Shown piece after piece: positions 50,337 through 54,904 of a DNA stretch of 54,904 nucleotides. The first letter of the stretch is position 1; each line of letters opens with the position of its first letter. This DNA is from Lineus longissimus (Eukaryota): the NCBI RefSeq assembly GCF_910592395.1, contig NC_088313.1, positions 17,894,500 to 17,949,403 of the forward strand, in the 5' to 3' direction. Under the pieces are notes generated by a model. The model saw only the letters and a list, made by a program, of their open reading frames with translations. It was not told the origin of the DNA and did no database searches. A program made the position numbers and the translations under genes.

Positions 50337-50619
50337 GGCCGTTTTGACCCAGGGCCGTTTTGACCCAGGGCCGTTTTGACTCGGGGCCGTTTTGACTCTA
50401 TTTAAAGCGGGGCCGTTTTGACCAGGGGCCGTTCTGACTGGATACCCTTGGCTCCTGATTGGTTTAAATTGGGTCACGCGGCGAGATTTTTACGGCGCAT
50501 TCTTTTGCGTCGTGTTTTTAGCGGGGCATTGTTGCGGCGCATCATTCGCGGGAGGCCTTTGCAAGCGCAAGTAATTAATCGGCCGATATATTCTGATTTA
50601 TGACCCCTCCCGCCGCCTA
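50337..50619 (-). repeat. Right TIR of the long-TIR element
   Basis: Reverse complement of the left TIR; (GGGCCGTTTTGAC)n array at 50337-50443. Confidence 0.8.
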
Positions 50620-51359
50620 AGCGAGAATCGTACCACTAGAAAATCGAGCCGTTCTATCAGCACCCTTTGTTACTAGTGCACTAAAGGGGGGCTATATGCA
50701 GGATGATAGGGGCGAACTTAACACCTTCAGCGCCGAACCACGTAGATCGACGTGGCCCAAATTCCCCCTCTGAGCTGGTTATCGGAGTCTCATGGACTTC
50801 AGAAAGAACTACGCCATCGCCATCTTCAGGGCAAAGTAGGAACTGAAAAGACCAAACCACTGAATTACAAAATTAAAATAAAGCTGTTCCGACACCGGGA
50901 ACTTTTAGGGGGGTCGGGGGTGTTGGAAAAGGGGGTCATTTTGGCCATTGTTGGTCATTTTTCAATCAAAAAATAAAATATAGTAAAGGAGTGTAGCTAA
51001 CATAACTCTATTGATTCAAGAACACCTTGTCTTGGAGAAGTTACTTCAAAAGATCTTATGCAGCCATCTCTTATACTTTTTTTCCCTGGGGGTCTGAAAA
51101 GGGGGTGTTGGGGGTGAAACACAGGCGCTGAAGGTATTAATGCTCACTCAATGAGAAGATTCTGGCACGCTCTCTAAAATACAAAAAGGCTTTGGGCTCT
51201 GTCCGACAGTGCATGTTGGACCACCTAATTAAGGAAATCTTGGTTGTGGGTTTTTCTTGGCCGTCATCCAGAAGCCCACAGTGAGATAGAAGTTACACCA
51301 AAGAGAACTCGAGTTCATCCTGGCCTGAACATACACGAGTTTTCTTAATCAGTAGGGTC

Positions 51360-51760
51360 GCGCTGTTGTCACAGGTACATGAGCTACTCCAAATAGGCTG
51401 CATGAGTTAGTTGGTTACCCAGGTATACCTTCTGGAGGACAGAGAGATGGAGTCGCCACCACCTAAGACAGAAGAGCCCCCATATTGCCCTAGTACATGG
51501 GCTGTTTGAATCGTGCTTATGCTGTTCCAGGAACATGTTTTACCTGGCTCAGGTCCATGAGGCACCTCGGGCACATAAACTACTCATAGAAGGCTATTCG
51601 AGGTTGGGTACTTGGGCCTGTCTTCAAGAGAACACCAAGATGGAGTGGCCAGCAGGTTCCTGATGATTCCCCAGGCACATGAGGTATCTCATGTACATGA
51701 GGTACTCCAGATAGGCTACTTGAGCTGCCAAGGAGGGTATTGGGGCTCCTCAAGAGCAAA
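51360..51760. repeat. Degenerate tandem repeat, ~130-bp units (..catgagstactccaaataggct..gg..t..ctggagg..agagatggagt.gcca..)
   Basis: Three diverged direct copies recognizable by eye. Confidence 0.45.
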
Positions 51761-51874
51761 GTGAGGTGGAATCTCTAATGCCCTTCACTGTCTCTCACTC
51801 CTTTCCCACTGATGCTTGCTGTCTTGGTGAAGTATTGGGATTGGTTGTTACTTTGTCTCAGGTCATTATATGTG

Positions 51875-52060
51875 ACCCACCACAACAAAATGAGTCGCAT
51901 GTCGCACAGAAGATGAGCCTAAAATGACACCAGGACATAACAGAAGAAATTGATGTACTCAGATGTTACAAAAGGCAGACAACAGTGAAATGAACAACCA
52001 GTCCATCTCAACCTGTAAAGCTCAGAGCGACATGCGACTTGTTTCGTCATGGCGGGTCAC
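51875..52060. repeat. Short inverted-repeat (MITE-like) structure
   Basis: gtgacccaccacaacaaaatgagtcgcatgtcgc ... gcgacatgcgacttgtttcgtcatggcgggtcac, about 185 bp apart. Confidence 0.4.
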
Positions 52061-52689
52061 ATACTGTATGTAATGGAACAAACGAAAATATTCAATCAAT
52101 GGGTTTATTCACAAGTTCTTACTTACATTTTAATCACAAAAATATAAATGCTGACATTCTGGTCAGTAAATTAATTTTGGTCAACATTTGCATGAAAATC
52201 ATGCACGTTACAAACACCATGTACTGACACCTTAACCAACCTAGCAGGGAATGGAACCGAGGCAGCAAACCACCAGTCAGCCATATACATGTAGTCATCA
52301 CTTTTAAGAGTGGACTATACTAGGCAGGAGCTTGGGGTCCCACTGCTGGTTACAGTGTGAACATTGTGTGCAGAAAGGGGACAGGTCTTCTTGACGTTGT
52401 GATAAAAAGATCTCTCATACAGGCATGAAATGTGCTGATGTAATGTTAGAAGTATAGGCAAATGATATCAATCACTTTGTGAACACTAATCTTGCCCTTG
52501 ATCCTGCCTACATGTACAGTCTTCAGAAATGCACTGCATGTGTCTTCACACAAGACTTCACAAGACGCTCCTTCCTGTGAATGGCAATGTCACATCAAAG
52601 AATGTCAGAAAGTAGCAAAATGCAGAATTCAGCACCAGTCCAAATGCCAGCACATTCAATGACAATTTCAACATTGTTCCAATCCTACT

Positions 52690-52826
52690 TCACCAATCTG
52701 CACTGTTGTTTGCAAGATAGTCCTTTCTGCCGATGTTCTGTGCCTGTTTGCTCTGCATTGCCTCTAATCTTGGACAGTCTGTGATTCGGTGACCAAGACC
52801 ACTGCAGTACAAACATCCAACTTCAC
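52690..52826 (-). CDS. DDX41: DDX41 terminal coding exon with CCHC zinc knuckle ([44 protein letters not shown])
   Basis: ccttgcag acceptor; the zinc knuckle C-x2-C-x4-H-x4-C and the following residues match the human DDX41 C-terminus almost residue for residue. Confidence 0.85.
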
Positions 52827-53039
52827 CTGCAAGGAGACAATAGAGTAATGAAACAGTTAGAAAATATTTTTCCAAGTGATAATGTACATGTGGTGAAGGA
52901 GACTTGACATTAGAACAGTTGAATATCTTCCCTTTTCGGAGAGACTGTCAGAATTGGAGATATAATCACTCAACTCGAGGTTCCTAATAACGTCAAATCG
53001 TAACCAAGACGATGAAGACATTGGAAGACTTCTGCTTAC

Positions 53040-53150
53040 CTCCAATATCAAGATATTTCTCATTTTCTGACTGTAGTGTGGCCAGGAATAATGGAACCTT
53101 CTGTCCAGCTTCGATCAACAGATGCTTCAGATCTAGTAAAATGGACTCTT
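53040..53150 (-). CDS. DDX41: DDX41 coding exon (EESILLDLKHLLIEAGQKVPLFLATLQSENEKYLDIG.)
   Basis: ctttttcag acceptor, GTAAGC donor; matches human DESVLMDLKALLLEAKQKVPPVLQVL. Confidence 0.8.
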
Positions 53151-53560
53151 CTGAAAAAGTTAATATATTTGATGTTTGAAGTAATGTGTCTTGGCAAATC
53201 GAACATGCAAAGCAGGAGAAATGTAGAATATGTTTCTGGTGAGCTAACATGTAAACGCTGCTTTTTTCTTACATATAATTGTTTTTTAAATCATGCACAT
53301 AGTCTCGGTTGGAGTACAGACATGAAATCAATGATGCTATGTTATATGATGTGTACAATGCAAAATCCATATAACCGTGGAACGAGGGGTATCTGACTGT
53401 CCCTGTCCGTAGATTAGACCGTTGTGATTGAACGTGGCGTCAATACTGTATAACCCTGCGGGAAGAGCCAATGGAAAATGCCAATCAAACTGTCATGGTG
53501 TTCTCAAAGGCATATCTATCAAAAGAACTGTAACCAAAGAACTGTATCAAAAGAACTTAC

Positions 53561-53632
53561 CACAACCCTTGTTGATGAACGTAGTTGCTGTACCCATGTT
53601 TTCTCTTCGACCAGTACGACCAATCCTGTGAA
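53561..53632 (-). CDS. DDX41: DDX41 coding exon (VHRIGRTGRRENMGTATTFINKGC)
   Basis: tttcag acceptor, GTAAGT donor; helicase motif VI HRIGRTGR. Confidence 0.85.
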
Positions 53633-53911
53633 CTGAAATCCGACAAGATAATTGTTAGAATTTAGATGCCGAAGTCACATTTTCTCGAAGTGGAAAATTC
53701 CCAACCTGACACATTTGTTAGCAGGATAACCTCTCTGCTTCAGACTCATATTTCGTCAGAGAATGGGGATCTTCTATTCAATCTGTCCTTTGTAATCCAG
53801 ACCCAGGCCAAGGTGTTCTTAGTGGAGAGATTCCACGACATATTTGAGCTTATAAGAGCATACTGTTATCAAAGCAACTTCTGATAAAGCACTAAAGTTC
53901 AAGGTTCTTAC

Positions 53912-54061
53912 CATAGTTCTCGATATCGTCAGGCATATCATAGTTGATCACATGTTGAACATCGGAGAAATCTAAACCTTTAGATGCCACATCTGTAGCT
54001 ACGAGAACATCCTTCTCTCCCTTTCTGAACTGATCCACAGACCGTGATCGATCTTCCTGGT
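53912..54061 (-). CDS. DDX41: DDX41 coding exon ([50 protein letters not shown])
   Basis: tttgcag acceptor, GTAAGA donor; helicase C-terminal domain. Confidence 0.85.
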
Positions 54062-54335
54062 CTGCAAATATCACAAATTGTCAGCGCCGTCAACAGCGTG
54101 ATCTATGCGCAAGTCACTTCACCACAATTAGCATCCTCTGAGGTAGGCATATAACTAGGGTTTCTGGGGTACACTGAGCAAAAAACCCCATCGAAGTGTT
54201 TACATGAGTAGGCTGTGATGAACCCATCCTCCCTCGCCAAAGAAGGATTCCCTATGTGAGTAATCCCAATTGGTGCCCAACAAATGCTCGTACTCGTAGG
54301 AGCAAGGTCAAAGAAACAAAGTGGAAAATTCTCAC

Positions 54336-54432
54336 CTTTGCCACCATGTATGGCCACAGCCTCGACACCTTTCAGTAACAAATACTCATGGATAGCATCG
54401 ACATCCTGCTTCTTCTCCGCAAATACCAAAAC
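54336..54432 (-). CDS. DDX41: DDX41 coding exon ([32 protein letters not shown].)
   Basis: cttaag acceptor, GTGAGA donor; matches human [32 protein letters not shown]. Confidence 0.85.
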
Positions 54433-54651
54433 CTTAAGATAAAAAACATAAAATCGTAAACAAAATCTTATCAAAAATAAAAGAAAGTAACAACTCTCAT
54501 CTTTAGAGGGCACCCACACCAATATTTTACACCGCTATTACCCTCAATCACATGTTTTCAGGATTTAAAATTTTACTCCTTTACTTTTTAATGCCAGCAC
54601 TGAAATATCAATAACCAAAAGGTTTTGAGCAAATTTCTTCAGTATTAGTCA

Positions 54652-54904
<253 letters not shown>

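Larger units (their letters stand above)
48279..50619. mobile_element. Long-TIR element (~2.34 kb) enclosing a PHD + FLYWCH-like zinc-finger ORF; no transposase domain seen
   Basis: 48279-48445 is the reverse complement of 50444-50619, starting from taggcgg(cg)ggaggggwcataaatcagaatatatcggccgattaattacttgcgc. Inner sub-terminal arrays of the 14-mer GTCAAAACGGCCCC lie on both sides (48712-48808 and 50337-50443). Confidence 0.8.

Overview
This window is a eukaryotic (metazoan) nuclear locus with small, GT-AG-spliced multi-exon genes. No prokaryotic-type features (CRISPR arrays, operons) or tRNA/rRNA genes were seen. Five conserved protein-coding genes were reconstructed by eye from the six-frame track and splice motifs:

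- MAEA (+, 9 coding exons, 1968-5635).
- A UBOX5/RNF37-like E3 ligase (-, single uninterrupted coding exon, 14920-16632).
- A PP2A B55 regulatory subunit, PPP2R2 (+, 8 coding exons, 29899-36833).
- Arsenite methyltransferase AS3MT (-, at least 7 coding exons, about 42022-44873).
- The 3' two-thirds of the DEAD-box helicase DDX41 (-, 52690 to the window edge).

Two smaller candidate genes have no assigned family: a ~189-aa protein at 9541-10228 (-), and proline/tyrosine-rich 5' exons at 13333-13889 (-).

The most unusual structure is a ~2.3 kb element at 48279-50619 bounded by ~300-500 bp terminal inverted repeats (TIRs). Each TIR carries 14-bp tandem sub-terminal repeats. The element encloses an intact 297-aa ORF encoding a PHD-type zinc finger plus a FLYWCH/WRKY-like zinc finger, with a TATA box upstream and no recognizable transposase. 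A separate palindromic foldback is nested inside its left TIR.

Other repeat structure:
- An 851-bp TIR element inserted into a dispersed repeat copy.
- A SINE-like repeat flanking AS3MT, one copy adjoining a fragment of AS3MT exon 1.
- A 350-bp dimeric repeat duplicated in two consecutive PPP2R2 introns.
- A ~56-bp minisatellite carrying a perfect 18-bp palindrome, next to a 32-bp-arm hairpin.
- Several 12-30 nt poly-C tracts.

Genes are compact, and the neighbours of the PP2A-B55 gene have human orthologs on the four paralogous chromosomes that carry the four PPP2R2 paralogs. This suggests a non-vertebrate deuterostome, for example a cephalochordate (inference). All coordinates were derived by eye and may be off by a few bases.
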